A stretch of DNA of 59,574 nucleotides from Thermodesulfovibrionales bacterium (GTDB lineage: Bacteria > Nitrospirota > Thermodesulfovibrionia > Thermodesulfovibrionales > UBA6898), in NCBI GenBank assembly GCA_044450345.1, contig JBIOIY010000011.1:1-59574 (forward strand), in the 5' to 3' direction. Positions 10,176 to 20,403 of the stretch are shown here, in pieces. Under the pieces are notes generated by a model. It saw only the letters and a program-made list of their open reading frames with translations, was not told the DNA's origin and ran no database searches. The position numbers were made by a program, and so were the translations under genes. How positions within the stretch are numbered: position 1 is the stretch's first letter; each line of letters opens with the position of its first letter.

Positions 10176-10673
10176 ATGGCGGACGAACATTCTTTTGATG
10201 TAGTGAGCAAGGTCGACCTGCAGGAGGTCCTGAACGCCGTGCAGCAGGCAACGAAGGAGATCAGCCAGCGGTTCGATTTCAAGGGCAGCAAGAGCAGTAT
10301 AGAATTGAACAAGGACAAACATGAGATAACCCTTGTCTCGGACGATGAGCAGAAACTCAAGACGGTGATAGACGTCCTCCAGACAAAGCTCGTCAAGAGG
10401 AGCGTTTCCCTCAAGGCACTGAACTATGGAAAGATCGAGCAGGCCGCGAACAACACGGTTAGGCAGATCGTCACGCTCCAGCAGGGCATCCCGGTAGAAA
10501 AGGCGAAGGAGATCGTCAAGATCATCAAGGACACAAAGATGAAGGTGCAGTCCGAGATCCAGAAAGACCAGGTGAGGGTAAAGGCAAAGAAGATAGACGA
10601 CCTTCAGGCAGTCATGAAATTATTAAAAGAAAAAGACCTGGGCATCCATATCGAGTTCATCAACTACCGGTAG
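10176..10673 (+). CDS. yajQ: YajQ-family nucleotide (c-di-GMP)-binding protein
   Basis: [22 protein letters not shown]-terminal FINYR; start at ATG 10176 after GGAGG. Confidence 0.93.
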   Translation: MADEHSFDVVSKVDLQEVLNAVQQATKEISQRFDFKGSKSSIELNKDKHEITLVSDDEQKLKTVIDVLQTKLVKRSVSLKALNYGKIEQAANNTVRQIVTLQQGIPVEKAKEIVKIIKDTKMKVQSEIQKDQVRVKAKKIDDLQAVMKLLKEKDLGIHIEFINYR

Positions 10674-10813
10674 TTACTTCCGAAGGGACAGACCGGGCTT
10701 GGCGCGACGTGGGGTGGCTGATGCCGCTTTTAGTGCCGTCCTCGCTCATTCTATAACTTTGATGCGGATTTTAGAGTCCCTTCTTTTCAGCGAGCTCCCG
10801 GATAGAAACAGAC

Positions 10814-11902
10814 TTATTCCTTTTGGTCGACGGGGGATATTTCCCCCATTAATGCACGCGCCTCTTCCCATTCCTTCGTGGTGTTGACGTTCTTCCAGGC
10901 ATGCGAAAGGGATTCGGGGACTAGAGGGGTTATCACTTTGGGGTGGTCAGTCAATTTCTGCAGGGTGCGTATCCCGTTCCTTGCAAGCGATTCGACGTGG
11001 CCGAATATCATCGGCTCGTAGCAGGCCGCCATGGTCTCGGCCTTTGCGCCGCTCTTAAGCAGCGGCAGGACGGCCCATACTCCGGGTCTTCTTTGATCCA
11101 GGACCCATTTCCATGCCTTTGTGTCCATGAAAGGCATATCGACCGCAGATATGATCCATGCGCTTTCGGGCGCCCACCTGAAGGCACTCAGAATGCCTGC
11201 CATGGGGCCTTCCATCCCGGCCGCGTCCGCGAGACGATCGGCACCTCCCAGATGCCCGGGAAGGTCAGATGAGCCGAGAAAAAGAGTCTTCGCCGCCACC
11301 TTGGCGAGGGTGCTGAAGGACCTTTCCACGAGCGTCTCTTCCCTGATCCTCAACATTGCCTTGGTCATCCCCATCCTCCGGCTCCTGCCCCCGACAAGGA
11401 GTCCGGCCATCAAGGTGCGGCCTGAGTGGAACCTCCCGATCTCACGATAAATGTACCCCATGACTTTTTCGAAGTATTTCGGGTCGTCTCTGCAAATGAC
11501 CTCCCTGGATGCCCTTCCGTGGACCTCCTGCTCTCCGGTTTTTCTCCCGCCCGGCAGGAGCCATATCCCCGGGATGTCTGAGTTCTTATGCCCCTCGATC
11601 AGCACTATATCAAGTCCCTTCGGGAAGTATGCCAGGGCGTCGGAAGGCCCCGCATCTTCCAACGGAAATCTCGCAAAACCCTGATGCACGTCGTGGGCAA
11701 ATACGAAGTCGGCGCCGGCCTTGTAGAACCGCTCGGAATCCTTTCCTTCTCCGTCCAGAGTAAGTCTGTGATGGGAGGTGTGTTTCAGCAAGCCAACATA
11801 CAAGCCCTCTTTTTTGAGTACCTTTACTATCCTTTCAATGAGGGTCGTCTTGCCGGAGCCGGAATATCCGCCGATGCCTATTACACAAAAGGATGAAATC
11901 AT
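10814..11902 (-). CDS. MobB-MobA fusion (molybdopterin-guanine dinucleotide biosynthesis)
   Basis: N-terminal GYSGSGKTT, LKH, D..R...AGA, IEG (MobB); C-terminal GGRSRRMG, GPMAGI, DMPF, NVNT (MobA). Confidence 0.85.
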   Translation of the reverse strand: MISSFCVIGIGGYSGSGKTTLIERIVKVLKKEGLYVGLLKHTSHHRLTLDGEGKDSERFYKAGADFVFAHDVHQGFARFPLEDAGPSDALAYFPKGLDIVLIEGHKNSDIPGIWLLPGGRKTGEQEVHGRASREVICRDDPKYFEKVMGYIYREIGRFHSGRTLMAGLLVGGRSRRMGMTKAMLRIREETLVERSFSTLAKVAAKTLFLGSSDLPGHLGGADRLADAAGMEGPMAGILSAFRWAPESAWIISAVDMPFMDTKAWKWVLDQRRPGVWAVLPLLKSGAKAETMAACYEPMIFGHVESLARNGIRTLQKLTDHPKVITPLVPESLSHAWKNVNTTKEWEEARALMGEISPVDQKE

Positions 11903-12021
11903 AATATGATAAAATTCTATGGTATGCAAAAAGGACTTGTAAAGAACATTTTTGCAAGAAGACCTCGTCTCCAACAGATTCCTTGAAACAACGCCATAAT
12001 CACGATACCATATAATTACGC

Positions 12022-12870
12022 ATGAAGAAATGTATTCTTTTCGCACTCCTCTTTATTTTTCTCGCCTCATGTTCAGGCGGGGCCGAGGGGCCCCACGTAT
12101 ATAAGAAGGCCCTCAGGGTAAGAGACGGGAAGATAGTTCCCTTTGGGGTAATGATCGATGAATTACAAAGGGCAGATATCGTCTTCGTCGGAGAGTCCCA
12201 CTACATCGCTGGAGACCATCGGGCCGAACTCGACGTCATCAGGGCACTTTACGAAAAAGGCGTCCGTCCCGCCATAGGGCTTGAGATGTTCAGGGCTGAA
12301 AGCCAGAATATACTTGACGGCTGGACGAGCGGTACTCTCGATCAGCATACCTTCATCCGGGCATATTACGACAACTGGCGCATACCCTGGCCCTTCTACC
12401 GGGACATCTTTCTGTACGCCAGAGAAAAGAGGATTCCGATAGTCGGGCTGAACGTCCCGGACGAGATCGCACAGAAAGTTGCAGCAAAAGGGTTCAACTC
12501 GCTCAGCAACGAAGAACTGGCAAAACTGCCGCCCGCAATAAGCTGCGACGTCGACCCCAGTTACATGGACTTTATCGAGAGTGCCTATGAGGCCCACGGC
12601 ATGAAGAAGCAGGGTTTTGTCTTCTTCTGTGAGGCCCAGATGCTATGGGACAAGGCAATGGCATGGCATCTTATCAATTACATGAAGAAAAACCCCGGCA
12701 GGAAAATGGTTGTACTGTCCGGGGTGGGCCATTCGTGGAAGAGGGGTTTGCCGGAACAGGTGAGAAGAAGCGCTGATTATAGCTTTAACGTAGTCTTGCC
12801 GGAAGCGCCGGAAAGAACAACAAAAATGGCGGTGACTACCGGGGATGCCGATTACGTCCTCCTCAGGTAG
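12022..12870 (+). CDS. ChaN-family (EreA/TIKI-like) lipoprotein
   Basis: LASC lipobox; VFVGESH, GLEMF, Q..WD..MA, G.GH motifs. Confidence 0.85.
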   Translation: MKKCILFALLFIFLASCSGGAEGPHVYKKALRVRDGKIVPFGVMIDELQRADIVFVGESHYIAGDHRAELDVIRALYEKGVRPAIGLEMFRAESQNILDGWTSGTLDQHTFIRAYYDNWRIPWPFYRDIFLYAREKRIPIVGLNVPDEIAQKVAAKGFNSLSNEELAKLPPAISCDVDPSYMDFIESAYEAHGMKKQGFVFFCEAQMLWDKAMAWHLINYMKKNPGRKMVVLSGVGHSWKRGLPEQVRRSADYSFNVVLPEAPERTTKMAVTTGDADYVLLR

Positions 12871-12932
12871 CACTGTTTTCAGCTGATTTTATTGCCCATG
12901 CAAAATCCCGGCTCGGGTTTTATAATAGAATT

Positions 12933-13838
12933 ATGAAGAACGGTAAGAGCGCCGAAAAAAGACTTGTATGGAGCCTCGCAATCACTCTTGTCATCCTTGC
13001 GGGAGAAGTGATTGGCGGTATCCTCAGCAACAGTCTCGCACTTCTGAGCGACGCAGGGCACGTGCTGACGGACGCCTTTGCGCTCGGACTCAGTCTCATT
13101 GCCGCACTTATCATGAAAAGACCTTCCGATTACCGCGCCACCTACGGGTACCAGAGAATAGGCCTCCTGGCGGCCCTTCTCAATGGAGCATCGCTCGTGG
13201 TGATGGCGGTCTTCATCTTTGTCGAGACGTATAAACGCCTGCTGTCGCCTCCTGAGATAAACTCGTCCCTGATGCTGGTCGTAGCCACGGCGGGTTTTGC
13301 CGGGAACATCGCCATGGCCTTTATCCTCAGCAGAGGGCATAAGGACCTGAACATCCAAAGCGCATGGCTGCACGTCCTGGGCGACACCGTATCGTCCGCC
13401 GGGGTCATCATCGCCGGTATTGTCATAAAATTCACTGGATGGACTGTCGCCGACCCTATCGCCAGCGGAGTGGTCGGGGTCATGATCGTCATAGGAGGGG
13501 GCCGCGTCATAAAAGAGGCGCTCTGGATATTTCTCGAACTGAGCCCGGTCGGCCTTCACGCTGAAGAGATGTCCTCGCTCATATCAGAAATCCCCGGCGT
13601 AGTCTGCGTGCACGATGTCCATGTATGGTCGATCGGACACGGTATCCCGGCCTTCTCGGCCCATGTGCAGGTCAGCGACCAGAAGATAAGCGAGGCGGAC
13701 ATCGTAAGAAGGGAGATTGAGCATAAACTTCTGCACCTCGGGATCAGGCATTCCGTGATACAGATGGAATGCGCGGAGTGCGAAACCAACGGCACCTACT
13801 GTCAGATTACACACTCCCAGCCCGCGCATCATCACTGA
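12933..13838 (+). CDS. Cation diffusion facilitator (CzcD/ZitB-like)
   Basis: SLALLSDAGHVLTD, TYGY.R, NIQSAWLHVLGD, HDVHVW. Confidence 0.93.
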   Translation: MKNGKSAEKRLVWSLAITLVILAGEVIGGILSNSLALLSDAGHVLTDAFALGLSLIAALIMKRPSDYRATYGYQRIGLLAALLNGASLVVMAVFIFVETYKRLLSPPEINSSLMLVVATAGFAGNIAMAFILSRGHKDLNIQSAWLHVLGDTVSSAGVIIAGIVIKFTGWTVADPIASGVVGVMIVIGGGRVIKEALWIFLELSPVGLHAEEMSSLISEIPGVVCVHDVHVWSIGHGIPAFSAHVQVSDQKISEADIVRREIEHKLLHLGIRHSVIQMECAECETNGTYCQITHSQPAHHH

Positions 13839-13964
13839 ACAGTTTCAGGCTTTCCACCTCTTCTACATCCGGCGTTCAAACCGGGTGACAGCACTTATTG
13901 GCTATGTTAGAATAAGACCTATGCTTCTTTTGCGGATTATCGCTAACCGCGGTCCGGATGCAGC

Positions 13965-16900
13965 GTGGGACCGAAGATAATGATGGGTGAGAGTCCTGTA
14001 GCTTCTTTCCCTATAGTAGCCATAGGCGCCTCGGCAGGGGGTCTCACATCCCTGCAGTGTTTCCTCAGTATATTACCCAAGAAGTTCGGCTTCGCGGTCG
14101 TCTTTATGCAGCACCTTTCACCGAAGCACAAGAGCCTCCTGCCTGAGCTGCTGCGCAATCGAAGGCCGGGTCTCGATATCAACGAGATATCCGATGGATT
14201 GGAAGTCCTTCCCGGAAAACTCTATCTCTGCCCGCCCGGGAAAGAGATCAAAATCATGAAAACGGTCTTCCAGGTATCAGACCCCTCTGGAGAACATTTT
14301 CATCTGCCTATAGATGAGTTTTTTTCCTCACTTGCCGAAGAGGCCGGGGAACGCGCTGTCGCTGTCATATTCTCCGGTGCGGGGACCGACGGCGCACGCG
14401 GAGTACGGGCGATCAGAGACGCGGGCGGTACTGTTTTCGTGCAGGACCCGGAGACTGCCGAGTTCCCTGCAATGCCTGCTGCCGCGATTGATACCGGCCA
14501 AGCCGACGGAGTGCTTCCTCCGGAGGACATCGCCCGGGAGATACTGAAGATCTGCGGTTCCGGAACTGTCGCAGCCGCCGAAGATGTCATCTCGCCCGAG
14601 GAGTTCAATGCATTCTACAGGGTGATTCAGGAAAAGACAGGCCTCCGCTTCGAACATTATAAAAAGAGCGTTGTCGGCAGGAGGATCAGAAGGCGGATGT
14701 TCCTTCGCGGCGTTTCTTCTGTCGCTGATTACATAAAAATTCTGAACGACAGGGATGCGGAGACGGCCGCACTCGCCTCCGACCTCATGATAGGCGTAAC
14801 GTCGTTCTTCCGCGACCGGTTGGCGTGGAAGGCCCTGAAAATAGGGGTGATAAGAAAGCTGACTGCACTGGACGAGGACTCCCCTGTCCGCGTCTGGTGC
14901 CCTGCGTGCGCGACGGGCGAAGAGGCGTATTCCATTGCAATGACGCTCCACAATGAGTTCGAACTCTCCGGAAGGAAAAGAGACATACAGGTCTTCGCCA
15001 CTGACGTAAGCGAGCAGGCGCTCGAAAAGGCGCGGGAGGGAAAATATCCCGGCAGCATCGCCGCCGACGTCGCCCCGGAATACATGCGAAGATTCTTCAC
15101 ATGCTCCGATGACGGCTTTTCCGTAATCATCGGCAAGGAGACGAGAGAGAGCGTGATTTTTGCGAAACATGACCTTCTTACCGACCCTCCCTTTTCGAAG
15201 CTCGACCTTATCATCTGCCGCAACCTTCTGATATACCTGGAGCCTGCCGCTCAGGAAAAATGCCTGGCGCTCTTTCATTATGCCCTTAAGGAAGGCGGGT
15301 ATCTCTTCCTTGGCAACGCCGAGTCGGTCGGCAGAAACAAGGCGCTCTTTCGGTCCCTCAACCACAAGAAATGCCGGATATACCGGAAGATCGATACCGG
15401 GCCGCCTTCGAGGCTGTCCCTCACCGTCCCTTTTGCCCCGGAGAGGGCCGCAGCAGTTCCTCCGAGGCAGATGCCGCCCGCAGGGCAGAGTATGTCAGCC
15501 ATAGAGATCGTCCAGGAGACCATTTTAGGCGAGTTCGCGCCCGCGGCAGTCGCGATCGATCAGGGCTACGACATCCTCTACCATAACGGTCCGACGAACA
15601 GATACCTTCGTCAGCCCAGGGGCGCCCCCACGCAAAACCTTCTTGAACTCCTTCCCGATAGCCTTCGAAACAGGGTCAGGGGGGCGATCTACCGGGCGAC
15701 TCAGGAGACAAGGCCTGTCGCGATCCGGACAACTATCAGCGGCGACGATGAGAAAAAAAGGCAGGTCACTCTCCGCATATCGAAACTTAGAGAAAACCTC
15801 TTTCTTGTAGTATTCCGCGAAAAAGGCGGCATCCCGGAGCAGGCCGATGCAGGTATAGCAGAGGTCGCCGGCGTTGATGAAACAGCCGTCCGCCAGCTCG
15901 AAGGCGAGCTTTCCGCGACACGCGCGGAGCTTCAGACCAATATAGAGCAACTCAAAAGCCTCAACGAAGAACTCCAGTCTTCGAACGAGGAACTTCAGGC
16001 TGCAAACGAAGAACTCGAGACCTCCAGGGAAGAGCTTCAATCATTGAACGAAGAGCTGATCACCGTGAATTCACAGCTCCAGTCAAAGGTCGAGGAGCAG
16101 GAAGAGACAAACAACGACCTTAACAATTTCCTCGCAAGCACCAACATCCCCACGATATTTCTCGATCATCAGTTCAGGGTGAAGCGGTTCACACCGGCAA
16201 TGTCGAGCCTCATCAAGCTGATCCCCTCGGACGTGAGTCGGCCTATCATCGACATGTCGCAGGAGGGCCTCGGCCCTGAGTTGATAGCCGACGCCCAGGC
16301 AGTACTCGAACAGCTTGCGCCGGTAAAGAAAGAGATGGCTATAAACGGCACGTGGTATGTACGCACCGCCCTTCCCTACAGGACCTCCGACAACCGCATC
16401 GAGGGCGTGGTCATCACCTATAACGACGTAACCGAGATCAAAAAGGTCGAGGAACGGACAAGGCATCTCGCTTCCTTCCCGCAGCTTAATCCGAATCCGA
16501 TTCTGGAGCTTGACTCCAAAGGCACGGTCATCTTCGCAAATCCCGCCGCTCAGAAGGTATTGGAAGAACTCGGCATGAACAGGGATGATTACTCGGTCTT
16601 CCTGCCCGTGGATATTGAAGGCATTATAAGCGAGCTGGTGAAAAATGAAGAAGCGGTCTATAATCGTGAACTTACAATCAAGGACAGGGTCTTCGCCGCA
16701 ACCATCTATCTTACCCCCCGTTTCAAAGTTGCTCGCATATACGTAGCTGACATCACCGAACGCAAGCGGGCCGAGAACGTCATGCAGGCGAGGCTTCGCC
16801 TGGCTACGGCGGCGTATTCCGCCGATATATCCGCGGATGAGGTCCTTCGGCTTACGCTCGATGAGCTCGAAACGCAGACCGGAAGCGTCATCGGCTTCTA

Positions 16901-19550
16901 CCATTTCCTTGAGGCGGACCAGGAAACGCTTTCTCTTCAGAACTGGTCAACGAACACCGTAAAAACCATGTGCAACTCCGAGGGCAAAGGCAGCCACTAC
17001 AACATCTCACAGGCCGGCGTGTGGGTGGACTGCGTAAGACAGAGACGTCCGGTCATTCATAACGAGTACGCCTCCCTGCCCCACCGCAAGGGGATGCCGA
17101 AAGGCCACGCACAAGTAATCAGGGAGATGGTCATACCCATAATGAGGGGCGAGCGGATAGTTGCGATCATCGGTGTCGGCAACAAGCCGACCGATTACTA
17201 TGAAACCGACGTCGGGATTGCTTTGCTTTTGGGGGATTTCTCCTGGGAAATCGTCGAGCGCAAGCGGAGCGAGGAGGCGCTTCGCGGGAATGAGAAGCAG
17301 TACCGCGAATTATTCGAGAATATGATCGAAGGCTTTGCTTACTGCAAGATGGTGTTCGAGAATGGAAACCCTCAGGACTTCATCTATCTCTCGGTAAATC
17401 ACGCGTTTGAGACGCTGACGGGATTGAAAGATGTCGTAGGGAAGAGAGTCACAGAAGTCATTCCGGGCATACGGGAGGCCGATCCGGAGCTTATTGAGAT
17501 TTACGGCAGGGTGTCCCTTACCGGCAAGCCCGAGAGATTTGAAATGTTCGTCGCGACGCTGAAGATGTGGTTCTCCATCTCCGTATACAGTCCGCAGAAA
17601 GAATTCTTCGTGGCCATTTTCGATGTCATCACCGAACGCAAACAAGCCGAGGCGGAACTGCAAAGATTAAACAAGGCGCTGAAGGCGCTGAGTGACAGCA
17701 GTCAGGCCGTAATCCGCGCAAAAGACGAAACGGAATACCTGAATGAAGTCTGCAGGCTTATCGTAGAAGACTGCGGCTACAATATGGTCTGGATAGGCTT
17801 TGCTGAAAATGACGAGGCAAGATCGGTCCGGCCCGTAGCGCACGCAGGATTCGAGGACGGCTATCTTGAAACACTTCAAATTACCTGGGCCGACACGGAA
17901 CGGGGCCGGGGCCCTACAGGTACGGCTATCCGGACCGGCAAAGTCTCAATGTGCCGGAATATGCTGACCGATCCGGCCTTCACGCCATGGCGCGAGCAGG
18001 CAATAAACCGCGGATACGCATCATCGATCGTTTTTCCGCTGCCTGCCGACGACAGGGTGATCGGCGCGATCACAATCTATTCCAAAGAAGCCGATCCATT
18101 CTCCGAAGGCGAGGTGAAATTATTGACCGAACTCGCCGATAACTTGGCGTACGGGATCGAAGTCCTGCGGATAAGAGCTGCGCAGAAAAAGGCGGAAGAA
18201 GCGCTGAGGGAGAGCGAGGAGCGCGTGAGACGCAAACTGGACAGCATCCTTTCCCCGGGGGGGGGCGTGGAGCATTTGGAACTTTCCGATATATTCGACG
18301 CCGGTGCGATACAGTCGCTCATGGAAGACTTCTATACACTGGCCCACATCCCTATGGCCATAATAGATCTCAAAGGCAAAGTGCTGGTCGGGGTCGGGTG
18401 GCAGGAGATTTGTTTGAAATTTCATCGTATTCATCCTGAAACCTGCAAGCATTGCATAGAAAGTGATACTCAACTTTCAGCGTCCGTCCCGCCGGGCGAG
18501 TTTAAGCTTTACAAGTGCAAGAACAATATGTGGGACGTTGCGACGCCGATTATGGTGGGCGGGCAACACGTCGGCAATTTCTTTACGGGGCAATTCTTCT
18601 TCGAGGACGAACCCACGGACAGCGAATTTTTCCGGATGCAGGCGAGACAGTACGGTTTTGATGAAGAAGAGTACCTGGCTGCGCTCGAAAAGGTCCCAAG
18701 ATTGAGCAAGGAGTCCCTTGATACGGCGGTAGCGTATTACATGAAGTTTTCCGAGATGCTTTCCAAGCTGAGTTTCAGCAATCTTAAGCTGGCCGGCTCT
18801 TTGGCCGAACAAAAGCGGGCCGAGGAAGATGTCCTTAAACTGAGCGAAGACATGGCGGCGCGGAATATAGAGCTTGAAATGGTAAACAAAGAACTCGAAT
18901 CCTTCATTTACTCGATCTCCCACGACCTGCGCGCGCCCATCCGGACCATGTCAGGGTTCGCCAGGATCATAGTTGAGGATTACGCCGGAAGGCTTGACGA
19001 ACAGGGCAAGGACTACCTTTCGAGGATCCTCCGGGGAGCGGAGAAAATGACCAGGCTCATCGACGACCTCCTTCACCTGTCGAAGATCTCAAGGCATGCG
19101 GTGGAGCGGACCGAGGTCGGTATGAGCAAAATAGCATCGTCAATTGTCGCCGAACTGCGCGAGTCCGATCCCGGCAGGAGCGTTGAAGTAACCATAGCAG
19201 AAGGCCTCACCGCCTTTGCGGACCCGCGGCTGATCGGGATCGTCCTTTCGAACCTCCTCGGAAATGCATGGAAGTTCACCTCGAAGACTGAGAACGCAAG
19301 GATCGAGTTCGGGCCGCTGGCGCAGGACGGGAAAACAGTATTTTTTGTCAAAGACAACGGCGCAGGTTTTAATCCTGAGTATACGGAGAAGATGTTCTGG
19401 CCCTTCCACCGCTTGCATTCCGATAAGGAGTTCGAAGGCACCGGGATAGGCCTTACCATCGTCGAACGCATCATCCACCGTCACGGCGGAAAAGTCTGGG
19501 CCGAGGGAGAGAAGGGTAAAGGCGCAACAATATATTTTACGCTCGGGTAG
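13965..19550 (+). CDS. CheB-CheR fusion hybrid histidine kinase (CheB, CheR, PAS, GAF x2, PocR, HisKA, HATPase)
   Basis: GASAGG/QH/DG methylesterase triad; TSFFRD, CATGEEAYS, CRNLLIY methyltransferase; NEELQ coiled coil; PocR (WQEIC.KFHR..P...C); SHDLRAP, NAWKF, GTGIGL. Exact start uncertain. Confidence 0.92.
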   Translation: MGPKIMMGESPVASFPIVAIGASAGGLTSLQCFLSILPKKFGFAVVFMQHLSPKHKSLLPELLRNRRPGLDINEISDGLEVLPGKLYLCPPGKEIKIMKTVFQVSDPSGEHFHLPIDEFFSSLAEEAGERAVAVIFSGAGTDGARGVRAIRDAGGTVFVQDPETAEFPAMPAAAIDTGQADGVLPPEDIAREILKICGSGTVAAAEDVISPEEFNAFYRVIQEKTGLRFEHYKKSVVGRRIRRRMFLRGVSSVADYIKILNDRDAETAALASDLMIGVTSFFRDRLAWKALKIGVIRKLTALDEDSPVRVWCPACATGEEAYSIAMTLHNEFELSGRKRDIQVFATDVSEQALEKAREGKYPGSIAADVAPEYMRRFFTCSDDGFSVIIGKETRESVIFAKHDLLTDPPFSKLDLIICRNLLIYLEPAAQEKCLALFHYALKEGGYLFLGNAESVGRNKALFRSLNHKKCRIYRKIDTGPPSRLSLTVPFAPERAAAVPPRQMPPAGQSMSAIEIVQETILGEFAPAAVAIDQGYDILYHNGPTNRYLRQPRGAPTQNLLELLPDSLRNRVRGAIYRATQETRPVAIRTTISGDDEKKRQVTLRISKLRENLFLVVFREKGGIPEQADAGIAEVAGVDETAVRQLEGELSATRAELQTNIEQLKSLNEELQSSNEELQAANEELETSREELQSLNEELITVNSQLQSKVEEQEETNNDLNNFLASTNIPTIFLDHQFRVKRFTPAMSSLIKLIPSDVSRPIIDMSQEGLGPELIADAQAVLEQLAPVKKEMAINGTWYVRTALPYRTSDNRIEGVVITYNDVTEIKKVEERTRHLASFPQLNPNPILELDSKGTVIFANPAAQKVLEELGMNRDDYSVFLPVDIEGIISELVKNEEAVYNRELTIKDRVFAATIYLTPRFKVARIYVADITERKRAENVMQARLRLATAAYSADISADEVLRLTLDELETQTGSVIGFYHFLEADQETLSLQNWSTNTVKTMCNSEGKGSHYNISQAGVWVDCVRQRRPVIHNEYASLPHRKGMPKGHAQVIREMVIPIMRGERIVAIIGVGNKPTDYYETDVGIALLLGDFSWEIVERKRSEEALRGNEKQYRELFENMIEGFAYCKMVFENGNPQDFIYLSVNHAFETLTGLKDVVGKRVTEVIPGIREADPELIEIYGRVSLTGKPERFEMFVATLKMWFSISVYSPQKEFFVAIFDVITERKQAEAELQRLNKALKALSDSSQAVIRAKDETEYLNEVCRLIVEDCGYNMVWIGFAENDEARSVRPVAHAGFEDGYLETLQITWADTERGRGPTGTAIRTGKVSMCRNMLTDPAFTPWREQAINRGYASSIVFPLPADDRVIGAITIYSKEADPFSEGEVKLLTELADNLAYGIEVLRIRAAQKKAEEALRESEERVRRKLDSILSPGGGVEHLELSDIFDAGAIQSLMEDFYTLAHIPMAIIDLKGKVLVGVGWQEICLKFHRIHPETCKHCIESDTQLSASVPPGEFKLYKCKNNMWDVATPIMVGGQHVGNFFTGQFFFEDEPTDSEFFRMQARQYGFDEEEYLAALEKVPRLSKESLDTAVAYYMKFSEMLSKLSFSNLKLAGSLAEQKRAEEDVLKLSEDMAARNIELEMVNKELESFIYSISHDLRAPIRTMSGFARIIVEDYAGRLDEQGKDYLSRILRGAEKMTRLIDDLLHLSKISRHAVERTEVGMSKIASSIVAELRESDPGRSVEVTIAEGLTAFADPRLIGIVLSNLLGNAWKFTSKTENARIEFGPLAQDGKTVFFVKDNGAGFNPEYTEKMFWPFHRLHSDKEFEGTGIGLTIVERIIHRHGGKVWAEGEKGKGATIYFTLG

Positions 19551-19681
19551 GGAAGATGGGAGTGCGCGATGGTCTCGCCATCTTACCGTGGGGCAAGGAT
19601 TGTGATACACTTTTTGTGGAATGTCCTGCCAAGGGCGTCCGGAAGATTTATTGATTTTATCGCTGATGTGGTGGAGAGAAG

Positions 19682-20074
19682 ATGGCGCATACGATTCTTA
19701 TCGTCGATGACAACCCTGACGACATAGAGATTACCAGGATAATACTCGGGAGGATAGGACGCCCATTAAACGTGGAAGAGGTCCCCAGCGGTGAGGCCGC
19801 TCTTAAACGTCTCAGGGACGAAAAAGAGTTGCCTTCGATGATACTCCTCGATATTAAAATGCCCGGCATGAGCGGCATAGATACCTTGTGTCAGATACGC
19901 GCCGACGAACGCTTGAAAGCCATCCCCGTGACAATAGTCACTTCTTCATCCCTTGAATCGGACGAGGAACTGGCTTACGCCGCAGGCGCAGACAACTTTC
20001 TTCACAAGGCATGCGACATGGAGCAGTTCAGCAATGAAATAAAGAATATCCTGGAGCAAAAGATAAAGAAGTAG
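19682..20074 (+). CDS. Single-domain response regulator
   Basis: VDDN, LLDIKMPG, VTSS motifs; directly downstream of the kinase. Confidence 0.92.
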   Translation: MAHTILIVDDNPDDIEITRIILGRIGRPLNVEEVPSGEAALKRLRDEKELPSMILLDIKMPGMSGIDTLCQIRADERLKAIPVTIVTSSSLESDEELAYAAGADNFLHKACDMEQFSNEIKNILEQKIKK

Positions 20075-20097
20075 GGGCATGTTGCAACGTGCCCTAC
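20071..20097 (+). repeat. GTAG-type REP palindrome overlapping a stop codon
   Basis: GTAGGGGCATGTTGCAACGTGCCCTAC. Confidence 0.7.
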
Positions 20098-20126
20098 ATA
20101 TTCGCCCCCCTGCCCCTCTTTTTGGG

Positions 20127-20186
20127 ATCATAACTCCCCTTTACCCCCTCTTATCTTAAGAGGGGGTGGCCGAAGGCCGGGGGCGT
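20127..20186. repeat. CCCCCTCTTA/TAAGAGGGGG palindromic repeat
   Basis: Near-identical inverted copy of about 30 bp at roughly 39155-39184. Confidence 0.7.
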
Positions 20187-20264
20187 TACTGTCAAAGAGG
20201 AGAATAGTATATTCTTGTCTTCATACCCGCAACAGAAGGGATTGCATGACCCGCCACTTTCTGA

Positions 20265-20320
20265 TTGACAAAAATCCGGCCGTTGGAATAAAGTAAAATG
20301 TAAGTAAGCGCTAACATTAT
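20265..20320 (+). promoter_or_regulatory. Putative promoter and operator of the efflux operon
   Basis: TTGACA at 20265, TAAAGT 18 bp later, then imperfect palindrome GTAAGCGCTAAC. Confidence 0.45.
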
Positions 20321-20403
20321 GAAGCAGACCTCTGCCCTCAAACAGATCCGCGGCACTGCTTCCCGGAAAAAATAAAGAGATAAAGAGTTAAGGAGACGAG
20401 TCG

